A DNA stretch of 64,000 bases from Bacteroidales bacterium (GTDB taxonomy: Bacteria; Bacteroidota; Bacteroidia; Bacteroidales; UBA10428), in the NCBI GenBank assembly GCA_016935355.1, contig JAFGRC010000158.1, positions 796 through 64,795 on the forward strand. Reading direction: 5' to 3'. A program made the translations under genes and the position numbers. The notes beneath the pieces were generated by a model, which was given only the letters and a program-made list of their open reading frames with translations, was not told the origin of the DNA and searched no databases. Position 1 is the first letter of the stretch; every line of letters begins with the position of its first letter. This document shows positions 46,803-57,151 of this stretch, piece by piece.

Positions 46803-48197
46803 TCAACCACCTAACATATTTTCCAGTTCATCAGGAGCTTTAGGTATGGGTTTGCCGATGACATGATGGCCTTCCCTGGTGACTGCAACGTTATCTTCAA
46901 TCCGTATTCCGCCAAAGCCTCTGAATTTCTCCAATGCCTCATAATTTATAAAATCATTGAAGCGTTTTTCTTCCCGCCATTTGTCGATCAGCGCATCTAT
47001 AAAGTATATGCCGGGTTCAACGGTGACCACATTGCCTTCCAGCAGGCGTTTGGCCATCCGCAGATAAGCTGTGCCAAATTGCTCCGATCTTTTAAATTCA
47101 CGATCATAACCCACATAATCCTCTCCCAGATCTTCCATATCATGCACATCCAGTCCGATCATATGTCCCAGTCCATGCGGAAAAAACAATGCATGGGCGC
47201 CAAGCTGAACAACATCATCCGTGTTACCTTTTAAAAGTCCAATGTCCTTTAATCCTTCAGCAATGGTTCTTGCAGCCTTAAAATGGATATCCCGGTAGGA
47301 AATTTCAGGTCTGATTGCAGCTATCGCTTCTACCTGGGCATTCAGGACGATGTTATAGACATCTTTTTGAATCCTCGTAAATTTGCCTCCCACCGGATAG
47401 GTCCGGGTGATGTCCGTGGCATAATGCATTTCCGATTCAGCTCCGGCATCAATTAAAAGAAGCTGTCCGCTTTGCAGCAAATGCCCATAAGAATTATTGT
47501 GCAAAATTTCACCGTGAATTGTACAGATGACCGGATAAGCCATTCTGCAATTATGCTGCAGTACTGTTCCTTCCAGTGCACCTGCCACATTGTATTCATG
47601 ATTTCCGGGCTTAATGACCTGAACAGCCTGGTAATATGCCTTACAGGTTACATCGGACATGGTTTTTTCCATTTCCTGTAACTCAGCATGATCCTTAACA
47701 GAACGCTGAGATACAATAGCTCTGATGAGTTGTGCCGATGCATTCCGGTCAACCTCTTCATATTTCATTCCACCATAACGGGCAAGCTGCAACCTCCTTT
47801 GTTCACGGTAGGGAGGTAAATAATGCAGCTTTCTGCCAAGGGATCTGGCTTTGCCGACATCCTGCTCAAGCTGCCGGAAAGGCCTGATCTGGTGCACACC
47901 CGACCTTTCAGAACGGATGCTGAGTATTTCTGCTTCACCCATCCATATAATATCTTCTATTGAAGCATCATTTCCGTATATAATTTCGTCTCCCGACTCA
48001 GCATCAATTATAGCTGCCAGATCAGGTATGTCCAGTCCGAAATAATACAAAAAAGTACTGTCCTGTCTGAAAGGATAGTAATTTGCCTTATAATTCATGG
48101 ATGTTTCCGGGTTCCCGGGAAGAAGGATTATTCCCTTACCCATGAACTTCTTCAGGGACGCTCTGCGTTCAATGTAAATTCTGGAAGGAAACATCAT
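46803..48197 (-). CDS. Second M24B aminopeptidase P family protein (Xaa-Pro peptidase)
   Basis: 'FRQDSTFLYYFGLD', 'LIDAGAESEMHYATDITRTYP', 'HGLGHMIGLDVHD', 'TVEPGIY' and 'GIRIEDNV'. Confidence 0.85.
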   Translation of the reverse strand: MMFPSRIYIERRASLKKFMGKGIILLPGNPETSMNYKANYYPFRQDSTFLYYFGLDIPDLAAIIDAESGDEIIYGNDASIEDIIWMGEAEILSIRSERSGVHQIRPFRQLEQDVGKARSLGRKLHYLPPYREQRRLQLARYGGMKYEEVDRNASAQLIRAIVSQRSVKDHAELQEMEKTMSDVTCKAYYQAVQVIKPGNHEYNVAGALEGTVLQHNCRMAYPVICTIHGEILHNNSYGHLLQSGQLLLIDAGAESEMHYATDITRTYPVGGKFTRIQKDVYNIVLNAQVEAIAAIRPEISYRDIHFKAARTIAEGLKDIGLLKGNTDDVVQLGAHALFFPHGLGHMIGLDVHDMEDLGEDYVGYDREFKRSEQFGTAYLRMAKRLLEGNVVTVEPGIYFIDALIDKWREEKRFNDFINYEALEKFRGFGGIRIEDNVAVTREGHHVIGKPIPKAPDELENMLGG

Positions 48198-48413
48198 AAT
48201 TTAATTTAGGTTAGACCAAATGCTTTAAGAATTTTTGACTATACAAAATCACAGGACTAAATTAAATTCTATTTTTATTTTTATGTAAGGAAAAGCACTT
48301 TATTTTGTTTTCGGTTCATGGATCAGCTATTTCTCTTTCACACTGTATGCCTGCGAATAGGCATGCTGTCAGATAAAAATTCTTACCTTCGCATTCATAG
48401 CCAATGATCACCT

Positions 48414-49136
48414 ATGCCTTACAGACGACTGCCCAATACGGATCTGGCCAGGTTCAGAGCTTTGAGGATTGCTTACGAAAAAGGCAAGGAACTGCCGCCG
48501 TTTAAGCTTGCATTTTCGCAGGAGACCCTTCAAAGATTAAACTCCAGTCTTCCGGGGTTTGAGAAAATCCTGCTTGAGTGTCGCCAGGCATTCAATAAAC
48601 AGGTAAACAGCAGTAAGGAATACAAAAAGAGCCTTCAAAAAGTAAAATTGTACATGTCCCATTTTATCCAGGTTGTTAACATGGCCATTGCCCGGGGAGA
48701 CTTGCGTTCAACCGACCGTGAATATTTTGGCTTCAGTCATGATCAGAAAAAGGTACCTGCATTTCAAACCGAAACCAGTGTAATAAAATGGGGTGAAAAA
48801 CTCATTCAGGGTGAATCAAGGCGGCTCATGAATGGACTGACACCTGTCTCAAATCCCACAATAGCACTGGTTAAGGTAAAATACGAGACTTTTTTGGAAA
48901 CATACATATTTCAAAAAATGCTGCAAAAGAATTTACAACGTTGTCAGACAAAGCTTTCAGAATTAAGAATAACAGCCGATGATATCATTGTAACAATCTG
49001 GAATGAAGTGGAAGATTACTACAAAGATCTGCCCGAAGAACACAAAAGGAATAATTCCAGGATTTATGGTGTGGTATATTTTTATCGCAGAAATGAGCTT
49101 AGGAAAAAAAATGAAAACCCTGCATTACCGGTCTGA
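48414..49136 (+). CDS. Hypothetical cytoplasmic protein
   Basis: A 240-aa ORF with coding-like composition and no signal peptide. No family recognised. Confidence 0.5.
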   Translation: MPYRRLPNTDLARFRALRIAYEKGKELPPFKLAFSQETLQRLNSSLPGFEKILLECRQAFNKQVNSSKEYKKSLQKVKLYMSHFIQVVNMAIARGDLRSTDREYFGFSHDQKKVPAFQTETSVIKWGEKLIQGESRRLMNGLTPVSNPTIALVKVKYETFLETYIFQKMLQKNLQRCQTKLSELRITADDIIVTIWNEVEDYYKDLPEEHKRNNSRIYGVVYFYRRNELRKKNENPALPV

Positions 49137-50075
49137 ACTTTTCTTTGCTTTTTCAAACCTGAAGGTAGCGTATATCAGTGCCGTAGCAAGAATCGAGCTG
49201 ATTATCAATATATAAGGACTTTCGCCACTGGTTCCGATACGGTCAAGCATGGTTTCTCCCATTTCTTCTGATGAGAAGTGATAATAAATCACTGCCAGAC
49301 CATTGTTAATGAAATGCCCTGCTACCGGCACCCATATCGTACCGCTCCACACAAAGAGGTACCCGAAATAAATACCAAGGATAAAACGGGGTAAAAAACC
49401 AAAGAACTGAAAATGAAAAAAGCTGAAAATAAATGCCCCCAAAAGCACTCCCCAATGGTGACTCCGGGTCCATTCTGAAAAAAGCCGCTGAAAAACACCC
49501 CTGAATAGGAATTCTTCACCTACAGCAGGCAATATTGCGATCATGATCAGGTTCAAGGCAAGGTCCTTAAATTTATCTCCATCGAGAAACAGTTTTGTCA
49601 GCCGGCATGCACTTTCCTCCAGTGCAATAATTTCTTTTTCTACATTGCCAAGCCAATCCGGTAAATCAAGTTGCGAATTGAACACTGTCAGAACATTCAG
49701 GATTGGTATTGCCAGTATGATTGACCCCAACACCATCAAAACCGTTAGCATATAAGGTTTAATGTTGGCTTTAATATAACTGAATGTATCGCGGCTGAAT
49801 AACCAGGCCACAAAGATTGCGGGAACGATAAACACAAAGACCGACTGTACGATCTGAAAATACTTTATCACTGCCAGGTTTTCTTGACCCGGATTACTGA
49901 TGGCTTCAAGGATACCGGTCAGGGTAAGGCCAAATATCGGTATCGCCAGCACTGCTGATAACACTGAACTTATGAACATCAACAGAAATACGATGAGGCA
50001 AACAAGAAGAATTTTTGCCATAGGTGACATTCCGTGAAAAGACTGACGAAAACCTTGTGTGTATTCTGTTGTCAT
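49125..50075 (-). CDS. CPBP-family intramembrane glutamic endopeptidase (CAAX protease-like)
   Basis: Polytopic. Motifs 'EEFLFRGVFQ', 'FSFFHF' and 'HFINN'. Confidence 0.8.
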   Translation of the reverse strand: MTTEYTQGFRQSFHGMSPMAKILLVCLIVFLLMFISSVLSAVLAIPIFGLTLTGILEAISNPGQENLAVIKYFQIVQSVFVFIVPAIFVAWLFSRDTFSYIKANIKPYMLTVLMVLGSIILAIPILNVLTVFNSQLDLPDWLGNVEKEIIALEESACRLTKLFLDGDKFKDLALNLIMIAILPAVGEEFLFRGVFQRLFSEWTRSHHWGVLLGAFIFSFFHFQFFGFLPRFILGIYFGYLFVWSGTIWVPVAGHFINNGLAVIYYHFSSEEMGETMLDRIGTSGESPYILIISSILATALIYATFRFEKAKKSSDR

Positions 50076-50221
50076 GCAGTTGTTTCTTAAACCCGTAAAA
50101 ATAATAAAAATTAAATCAAAGCGATTCCGGTTTTTAGCGCTTCATTCACATCCATACTCAATTTGAATTTCATTAAAATCTTAAATTTCCTATCTTTGGG
50201 CACTTCACAAAATATTGGTAA

Positions 50222-51205
50222 TTGGTTCATATAGGGACTATATCGCTCAGACCGGAACCGCTTTTGCTCGCGCCGATGGAAGATATCACCGACAGGTCAT
50301 TCCGTTCCATATGCAGGCAAATGGGAGCTGACATGGTTTATACCGAATTCGTCCCTTCGGACGGCCTGATCAGGAATATCAACCGAAGTCACAACAAGCT
50401 GATTCTTACGGACGAGGAAAGGCCGGTCGGTATTCAATTATACGGCCATTTGATCGAAAGCATGGTAGATGCAGCCAAAATTGCTGAAGAAGCAAAACCG
50501 GACCTGATCGATATTAACTTTGGCTGCCCTGTGCGAAAGATATCCAGGCGCGGTGCAGGTGCGGGTATGCTATGCAACATCCCGCTCATGGTAAGCATGA
50601 CCGAAGCTATTGTGCGTTCCGTCAACATCCCCGTAACCGTAAAAACCCGCATCGGCTGGGATGAAAAAAATAAAAATATTGTTGAAATTGCTGAACGTTT
50701 ACAGGATACCGGAATCAGAGCCATTACAATTCATGGAAGAACCCGTGAGCAATTTTATAAGGGCAATGTGGACTGGAACATGATCGCCGCTGTTAAAAAC
50801 AATCCGCGTATGAAAATTCCGGTTATCGGAAATGGTGATATTATCAGCCCGCAAACCGCAAAGGAAGCATTTGACAAATTTGGGGTGGACGGCTTAATGA
50901 TCGGACGGGCAGCAATAGGAAAGCCCTGGATCTTTCGCGAGATCAGACAATACCTCGATACCGGAGAATTACCTCCTCCGTTAACAGTTCAGGAAAAGGT
51001 TGAACTGGCCAGATTTCAATTCAGAAAATCAATTGAAGTAAAAGGTGAAAAAAGGGGTATTCTGGAAATGCGCCGGCATTTTTCAGCTTATTTCAAGGCG
51101 TTACCCAATTTTAAGGATATCCGCATCAGGCTGGTGACATCCCTGGATGTTCACGAAATAAATACAATACTGGACCGGATAAAGATCACGTATCCGAATT
51201 ATTGA
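50222..51205 (+). CDS. dusB: tRNA-dihydrouridine synthase
   Basis: 'LLAPMEDITDRSFR', 'DINFGCPVRK' (catalytic Cys), 'ITIHGRTREQ' and 'NGDI'. The TTG start from the track is uncertain. Confidence 0.88.
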   Translation: MVHIGTISLRPEPLLLAPMEDITDRSFRSICRQMGADMVYTEFVPSDGLIRNINRSHNKLILTDEERPVGIQLYGHLIESMVDAAKIAEEAKPDLIDINFGCPVRKISRRGAGAGMLCNIPLMVSMTEAIVRSVNIPVTVKTRIGWDEKNKNIVEIAERLQDTGIRAITIHGRTREQFYKGNVDWNMIAAVKNNPRMKIPVIGNGDIISPQTAKEAFDKFGVDGLMIGRAAIGKPWIFREIRQYLDTGELPPPLTVQEKVELARFQFRKSIEVKGEKRGILEMRRHFSAYFKALPNFKDIRIRLVTSLDVHEINTILDRIKITYPNY

Positions 51206-52772
51206 TAGGATTTTTATGCTGATAGTCAAGTGTATAGTGTAATCCCCTGCTTTCCTTGCGTTGTTGGGCTTCCTTTATGATCAGGTAACCGACATTGATC
51301 ATATTGCGCAATTCACAAAGCTTTATGGATAATTTGGACTTAACAAACAGTTCCTCCGTCTCATTATATATTATTGCAAGCCTGTCCATGGCCCTTTTTA
51401 ACCGGAGGTTTGAACGGACAATACCCACATAGTAGCTGAATATTTGCTGAACTTCCTTGAAATTCTGTGTGATCAGCACCATTTCTTCCGTATGCGCGGT
51501 CCCTTCATCATTCCAGTCAGGTATCTTTTCCTGAATTCCATAGTCGTTTACTGCTTGTAAGCTGTGTAGGGCTGATCGGTCAGCATAGACCATTGATTCC
51601 AGAAGCGAATTGCTTGCAAGACGGTTGGCGCCATGTAAACCGGAATAAATGGTTTCACCGGCAGCATAAAGCCGCTGAATTGAAGTGCAGCCGTTCACGT
51701 CAACCCTGATCCCGCCGCACATATAATGGGCAGCCGGAACAACAGGGATTAAATCGTTTGCCATATCAATACCAAGCGATTTGCATTTTTCAAATATTGT
51801 GGGAAAGTGCTGCTCCAGATCTATGTCCCCAAGATGCCGGCAGTCCAGAAAAACAAACTCATCTCCGCTGGTCTTCATTTCATTATCAACTGCTCTGGCG
51901 ACAATATCGCGCGGAGCAAGTGAACCCCTTTCATCATAACGTTTCATAAAATCTTCGCCCTTATGATTGCGGAACACAGCACCAGAACCCCTCACAGCTT
52001 CAGTAATCAGAAAATTGGGACGTTCACCCGGATTATATAGTGAAGTCGGATGAAACTGTACGAATTCCATATGGTCAATGATCCCTTTTGCACGGTAAAC
52101 CATTGCAACACCATCACCTGTGGCAATCAGAGGATTGGTGGTGATATGATATAAATTTCCAATACCTCCTGTAGCCATCATGGTAATACGCGATAAAAAC
52201 TTATGGATGATGCCGGTCTCCGGGTCCAGTACATATGCCCCGTAACACTCAATATCAGGAAAATAACGTTTGATCAGTTTTCCCATATGATGCTGGGTGA
52301 TAATTTCGATGGCGAAAAAGTTTTCGTAAATGTCAATATTGGGATGTGATCTGACAATTTTGCTTAATGTGTTCTGAATTTCAAAACCGGTATTATCTTT
52401 ATGATGCAATATCCTCTTTTCTGAATGTCCTCCTTCTCTCGCCAGATCGAAGCGACCGGCGGAATCCCTGTCAAAATCCATTCCCCAGTTTATAAGCTGC
52501 TCGATTTGCCTGGGACCGTCCCTGACCACCATCTCTACTATTTCTCTGTTGCATAAACCGTCCCCTGCGATAATCGTGTCTTTGATATGCTTATCAATAT
52601 GATCCGGTTCATACATCACAGTCGCAATCCCCCCCTGAGCGTAACTTGTATTGGTATGGTCCAGAGATGTTTTGGTCACAATGGCAACTTTTCCGTATTC
52701 TGCAACTTTCAGTGCATACGCAAGACCGGCAAGCCCGGAGCCGATTACGAGAAAATCATATAGATGATTCAT
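51186..52772 (-). CDS. nadB: L-aspartate oxidase
   Basis: 'DFLVIGSGLAGL', 'YAQGGIA', 'HPTSL' and 'GANRLASNSLLE'. Confidence 0.95.
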   Translation of the reverse strand: MNHLYDFLVIGSGLAGLAYALKVAEYGKVAIVTKTSLDHTNTSYAQGGIATVMYEPDHIDKHIKDTIIAGDGLCNREIVEMVVRDGPRQIEQLINWGMDFDRDSAGRFDLAREGGHSEKRILHHKDNTGFEIQNTLSKIVRSHPNIDIYENFFAIEIITQHHMGKLIKRYFPDIECYGAYVLDPETGIIHKFLSRITMMATGGIGNLYHITTNPLIATGDGVAMVYRAKGIIDHMEFVQFHPTSLYNPGERPNFLITEAVRGSGAVFRNHKGEDFMKRYDERGSLAPRDIVARAVDNEMKTSGDEFVFLDCRHLGDIDLEQHFPTIFEKCKSLGIDMANDLIPVVPAAHYMCGGIRVDVNGCTSIQRLYAAGETIYSGLHGANRLASNSLLESMVYADRSALHSLQAVNDYGIQEKIPDWNDEGTAHTEEMVLITQNFKEVQQIFSYYVGIVRSNLRLKRAMDRLAIIYNETEELFVKSKLSIKLCELRNMINVGYLIIKEAQQRKESRGLHYTLDYQHKNPINNSDT

Positions 52773-52934
52773 AACTTCCAGCTTATTTTCTAACAGTGTT
52801 ATTTAACATTGAAATTCAAAATTAAGAGAAATAAACAAATAAAAGCCTTTATGATATCATATTACCGGTGGCTGTTTGAAAATGACTTAAATTTTCAATT
52901 ACATTTGCCCTTTAATTAAAATAAGCTACATTTC

Positions 52935-54485
52935 ATGATAAAGGAAGATATTTTTAAGAAGATCATTGCCCACAGTAAAGAATACGGTTTTATATTTCCA
53001 TCCAGTGAAATCTATGATGGACTGAGTGCAGTTTATGATTACGGACAAAACGGCACTGAATTAAAAAACAATATACGCCGTTTCTGGTGGGAGGCAATGA
53101 TCAGATTAAATGAAAACATAGTGGGCATTGACGCTGCCATTTTTATGCATCCGAGAACATGGGAAGCTTCCGGACATGTTTCGGCCTTTAACGACCCGCT
53201 CATCGATAACAAAGATTCCAAAAAAAGATATCGTGCAGATCAATTGATCGAAGAATTCCTGCAAAAAACAGAGGATAAAATTCAGAAGGAGGTTGAAAAA
53301 GCAACAGGAAAATTCGGCGCCGGTTTCGATGAGAACATCTTCAGAACAACAAATCCACGTGTCATTGAGCAACAGAACAAATATGATGAGATCCGCAAGA
53401 GATACTTAAAAGCACTTGCTGACGATGACCTGAAAGAATTTTACCGGATTATTGTCGATACAGGAATTGTATGTCCGATTTCCGGATCAAAGAACTGGAC
53501 GGAAATACGCAAATTCAATCTGATGTTCAGCACACAGCTGGGCTCTGTCAGTGAAGAGGCCAACACCATCTACCTGCGTCCCGAAACCGCACAGGGAATT
53601 TTTGTCAATTTTCTGAATGTGTTGAAAACCGGAAGGATGAAAATTCCTTTCGGTATTGCACAGACCGGAAAGGCTTTCAGGAATGAGATCGTAGCAAGGC
53701 AATTCGTCCTTCGGATGCGTGAATTTGAACAAATGGAAATGCAGTTTTTTATTCGTCCCGGTACCGAAATGCAGTGGTATGAGCATTGGAAGGAAAAAAG
53801 AATGAAATGGCACAAGGCCTTTGGATTCGGAGATGAAAAATTCCGCTTTCATGATCATGATAAACTGGCTCACTATGCAAATGCAGCCAGTGATATTGAA
53901 TTTGCATTCCCGATCGGATTCAAGGAAGTTGAAGGAATTCACTCCAGGACAGATTTTGATCTGGCCAATCATGAGAAGTATTCCGGAAAGAAGATCCAGT
54001 ATTTTGATCCTGATACCAATGAAACCTATACGCCTTATGTGGTTGAAACTTCAATCGGGCTCGACCGCATGTTTTTTGCCGTTTTATCCAATGCTTATAC
54101 TGAAGAAAAGGTGGAATGGGAAGGAAGCGCAAAAGAAGAACGTGTAGTGCTGAAACTTCCTCCTGCCCTCTCACCGGTGCAGCTGGCCGTCCTGCCACTT
54201 ACAAGAAAAGACGGACTTCCTCAGAAAGCACGTGAAATAATTGACCGCCTTAAATATGATTTCAACTGTCAGTATGAAGAAAAAGACTCCATCGGACGCC
54301 GATACAGACGGCAGGATGCCATCGGTACGCCCTTTTGTATAACGATCGATCATCAGTCACTGGCGGACGATACAGTTACCATCCGTTACCGTGATACCAT
54401 GCTGCAGGAGAGAATTAGCACTGACCGGCTTCCGGAGATCATGAGGGATAAAGTCAGTATGACTGAGTTGTTGAGAAAGTTATAG
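52935..54485 (+). CDS. glyQS: Glycine--tRNA ligase (homodimeric class II type)
   Basis: 'YGFIFPSSEIYDGL', 'SGHVSAFNDPL', 'YLRPETAQGIFVNF', 'GKAFRNEI' and 'ETSIGLDR'. Confidence 0.95.
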   Translation: MIKEDIFKKIIAHSKEYGFIFPSSEIYDGLSAVYDYGQNGTELKNNIRRFWWEAMIRLNENIVGIDAAIFMHPRTWEASGHVSAFNDPLIDNKDSKKRYRADQLIEEFLQKTEDKIQKEVEKATGKFGAGFDENIFRTTNPRVIEQQNKYDEIRKRYLKALADDDLKEFYRIIVDTGIVCPISGSKNWTEIRKFNLMFSTQLGSVSEEANTIYLRPETAQGIFVNFLNVLKTGRMKIPFGIAQTGKAFRNEIVARQFVLRMREFEQMEMQFFIRPGTEMQWYEHWKEKRMKWHKAFGFGDEKFRFHDHDKLAHYANAASDIEFAFPIGFKEVEGIHSRTDFDLANHEKYSGKKIQYFDPDTNETYTPYVVETSIGLDRMFFAVLSNAYTEEKVEWEGSAKEERVVLKLPPALSPVQLAVLPLTRKDGLPQKAREIIDRLKYDFNCQYEEKDSIGRRYRRQDAIGTPFCITIDHQSLADDTVTIRYRDTMLQERISTDRLPEIMRDKVSMTELLRKL

Positions 54486-54776
54486 CGTTGCATGGTTAAA
54501 GAACACCAAACCTGATTTTTTAATTATGTTGAAATTGATGCGGTCAATTATAAATTGGTGGTATTTTTAATTTGTAATTTTCCTGTTTATATTATTTTAA
54601 TGGTCAATTGGCGTGTTCCGGTTTTTCGGGAGAACTGTTCTGTTTGTTTATTATGTTCAGGCCCGTTACTCCCGTCGTTTCCATAATTTTTCATCGGAAC
54701 AAGGTGAAAGATCATTGAACCAGGTTGTTTTAATAATCATTGAGATCGCAAATTACTATCAGTTTATTACGCATAT

Positions 54777-56072
54777 ATGCATAAAGTGTTGATTATTACA
54801 TATTACTGGCCACCATATGGAGGATCTGCCGTTTTAAGATGGCTGAAGTTTACAAAGTATCTAAGGGAATTCAACTGGGAACCCGTCATCTACACGCCAT
54901 TAAACCCTGAACCACAGGTAATTGACACTTCTCTGCTGAATGATATACCTGAAAATCTTACAGTAATCAAATCAAAAATATGGGAACCTTATACAATATA
55001 TAAATGGTTGACAGGAAGGAAAAAAAGCGAAAAACTTGGTGTTGCCCTGATGTCAGAAAATAAAACACGGAGTGTAATAAGCTGGATATCACTATGGATC
55101 AGAAGTAATTTTTTCATCCCTGATCCCCGTATTTCATGGGTTGGTCCTTCCGTAAGGCTTTTAAAGAACTACCTGCATAATAATCTTGTTGATGTAATCA
55201 TCACAACGGGTCCGCCCCATAGCATGCATCTCATTGGACTCAAGCTTAAAGAATTAACCAATGCAAAATGGCTGGCCGATTTCAGAGATCCCTGGACCAA
55301 TATTGATTTCTATAAGGAGCTTTTGTTAACGAAATGGTCTGACCGGAAACATAAACAGCTTGAAAAAAATGTGCTTACACATGCAGACCATATCATAACC
55401 GTCAGTCCTTCCATGACCACTGAATTTCAAACTATGGGAATCCATAATATTTCCACAATTACAAACGGATTTGATACGTTGCCACATAGAAATTCTTCCC
55501 GAATGGAAAGGGGTTTCACCATGATGCATCTGGGTTCAATGCCTGCCAGCAGAAATCCCGTTAACCTCTGGAAAGTCCTTTCCGAATTAATCAAAGAAAA
55601 TCATTTATTCGCAGATAAACTGGAAGTTATACTCTCCGATAAAACAGATATTAAAATAGTTGAAACGATCAGGCATTTTGACCTGGATAAACACATTAAA
55701 TTGCATCCGTACACACCTCATGAAGAAGCAATGCAAAAGATCCGTGATGCCCATGTTTTGCTGCTGTTTGTCAACAACAGCCCAAATGCACGGGGAATCC
55801 TGACCAATAAGCTTTTTGAATATCTGTCAGCAAAAAGACCCATACTTGCTATCGGACCAGAGGATGGAGATGTGGCGATGATTTTATCAGAGACCCATGC
55901 CGGCAGAATATTTGATTTCAAGGAGCATAAAGCATTGAAACAACACCTTCTTTCATTATTTGATCTATATTCGCATAACAGGTTGCAGATATCGTCCAAG
56001 GGGATTGAAAAATATCACCGTAAAGATCTTACGGGCGATCTGGTTCGATTGCTAAACAGAATGATATCATGA
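54777..56072 (+). CDS. Glycosyltransferase (GT-B fold, GT4-like)
   Basis: 'VLIITYYWPPYGGSA' at the N-terminus. The C-terminal half has 'KLFEYLSAKRPILAI', typical of GT-B enzymes. Confidence 0.65.
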   Translation: MHKVLIITYYWPPYGGSAVLRWLKFTKYLREFNWEPVIYTPLNPEPQVIDTSLLNDIPENLTVIKSKIWEPYTIYKWLTGRKKSEKLGVALMSENKTRSVISWISLWIRSNFFIPDPRISWVGPSVRLLKNYLHNNLVDVIITTGPPHSMHLIGLKLKELTNAKWLADFRDPWTNIDFYKELLLTKWSDRKHKQLEKNVLTHADHIITVSPSMTTEFQTMGIHNISTITNGFDTLPHRNSSRMERGFTMMHLGSMPASRNPVNLWKVLSELIKENHLFADKLEVILSDKTDIKIVETIRHFDLDKHIKLHPYTPHEEAMQKIRDAHVLLLFVNNSPNARGILTNKLFEYLSAKRPILAIGPEDGDVAMILSETHAGRIFDFKEHKALKQHLLSLFDLYSHNRLQISSKGIEKYHRKDLTGDLVRLLNRMIS

Positions 56073-57151
56073 AAAAAATACTTACAATCATCGGGGCACG
56101 GCCCCAGTTTATAAAGGCCGCGGCAGTAAGCCGGATCATCCGGAATGAGAACTCAATACGGGAAGTTATTGTTCACACAGGGCAGCACTTTGATTTTAAC
56201 ATGTCGGATATTTTCTTCACAGAAATGGATATTCCCCGGCCACATTATAACCTTGAAATAAACAGCATGAGCCATGGTGCAATGACAGGTCAAATGCTGG
56301 AAAGAATTGAGCAAGTCCTTATGGATGAGAAACCGGATATGGTAATGGTCTATGGTGACACCAATTCAACGCTGGCCGGGGCCCTTGCTGCCAGTAAGCT
56401 TCATATCAGGGTTGCCCATGTTGAAGCCGGACTCAGATCTTTTAACATGCTCATGCCTGAAGAGATTAACCGGATCCTTACAGACAGAATTTCTTCACTC
56501 CTTTATTGCCCGACTGATACTGCTGTCAACAATCTTGAAAAAGAGGGCTATAAAAATTTTGATTCCAGGGTGCTGCTTGTGGGTGATGTCATGTACGATG
56601 CAGCTATTTTTTATGGAAAACAATCAGCGCAAAAATCAAATGCAATCAACCGTTTAAATCTGCAAAATAAAAGTTTTGTACTGTGTACAGTGCACCGTCA
56701 GGAAAATACAGATGTGCCGGATCGCCTTACTTCCATCATTTCGGCCTTGAATGAAATACACCAGGTATCCGAGGTGATTCTGCCACTTCATCCGAGAACC
56801 CGTAAAATTATACAGGATAGACATATCAGCCTTTCCTTTGATCCGATCGAACCGGTAGGGTATTTTGACATGATCGAATTGTTGAAACATTGCAGTCTCG
56901 TTATTACGGACAGCGGAGGGATGCAGAAAGAAGCCTATTTTTTTAATAAATATTGCGTAACCATGCGCGATCAGACTGAATGGACCGAACTGACCGATTA
57001 CGGCTTTAACCGGTTAACCGGATCCGATACCAAGAGAATAATTGAAGGATTCAGGAATTTTTCCGGCAGAAGTATTGAAAACGCAATTAGCCTTTATGGG
57101 CGTGGAGATGCCGGTGAAAAAATTGTAAAAAGCATAATTGAGTATTTGTAA
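56069..57151 (+). CDS. wecB: UDP-N-acetylglucosamine 2-epimerase (non-hydrolysing)
   Basis: 'GARPQFIK', 'HTGQHFD', 'YGDTNSTLAGALAA', 'HVEAGLRS', 'PEEINR' and 'DSGGMQKEA'. Confidence 0.9.
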   Translation: MKKILTIIGARPQFIKAAAVSRIIRNENSIREVIVHTGQHFDFNMSDIFFTEMDIPRPHYNLEINSMSHGAMTGQMLERIEQVLMDEKPDMVMVYGDTNSTLAGALAASKLHIRVAHVEAGLRSFNMLMPEEINRILTDRISSLLYCPTDTAVNNLEKEGYKNFDSRVLLVGDVMYDAAIFYGKQSAQKSNAINRLNLQNKSFVLCTVHRQENTDVPDRLTSIISALNEIHQVSEVILPLHPRTRKIIQDRHISLSFDPIEPVGYFDMIELLKHCSLVITDSGGMQKEAYFFNKYCVTMRDQTEWTELTDYGFNRLTGSDTKRIIEGFRNFSGRSIENAISLYGRGDAGEKIVKSIIEYL

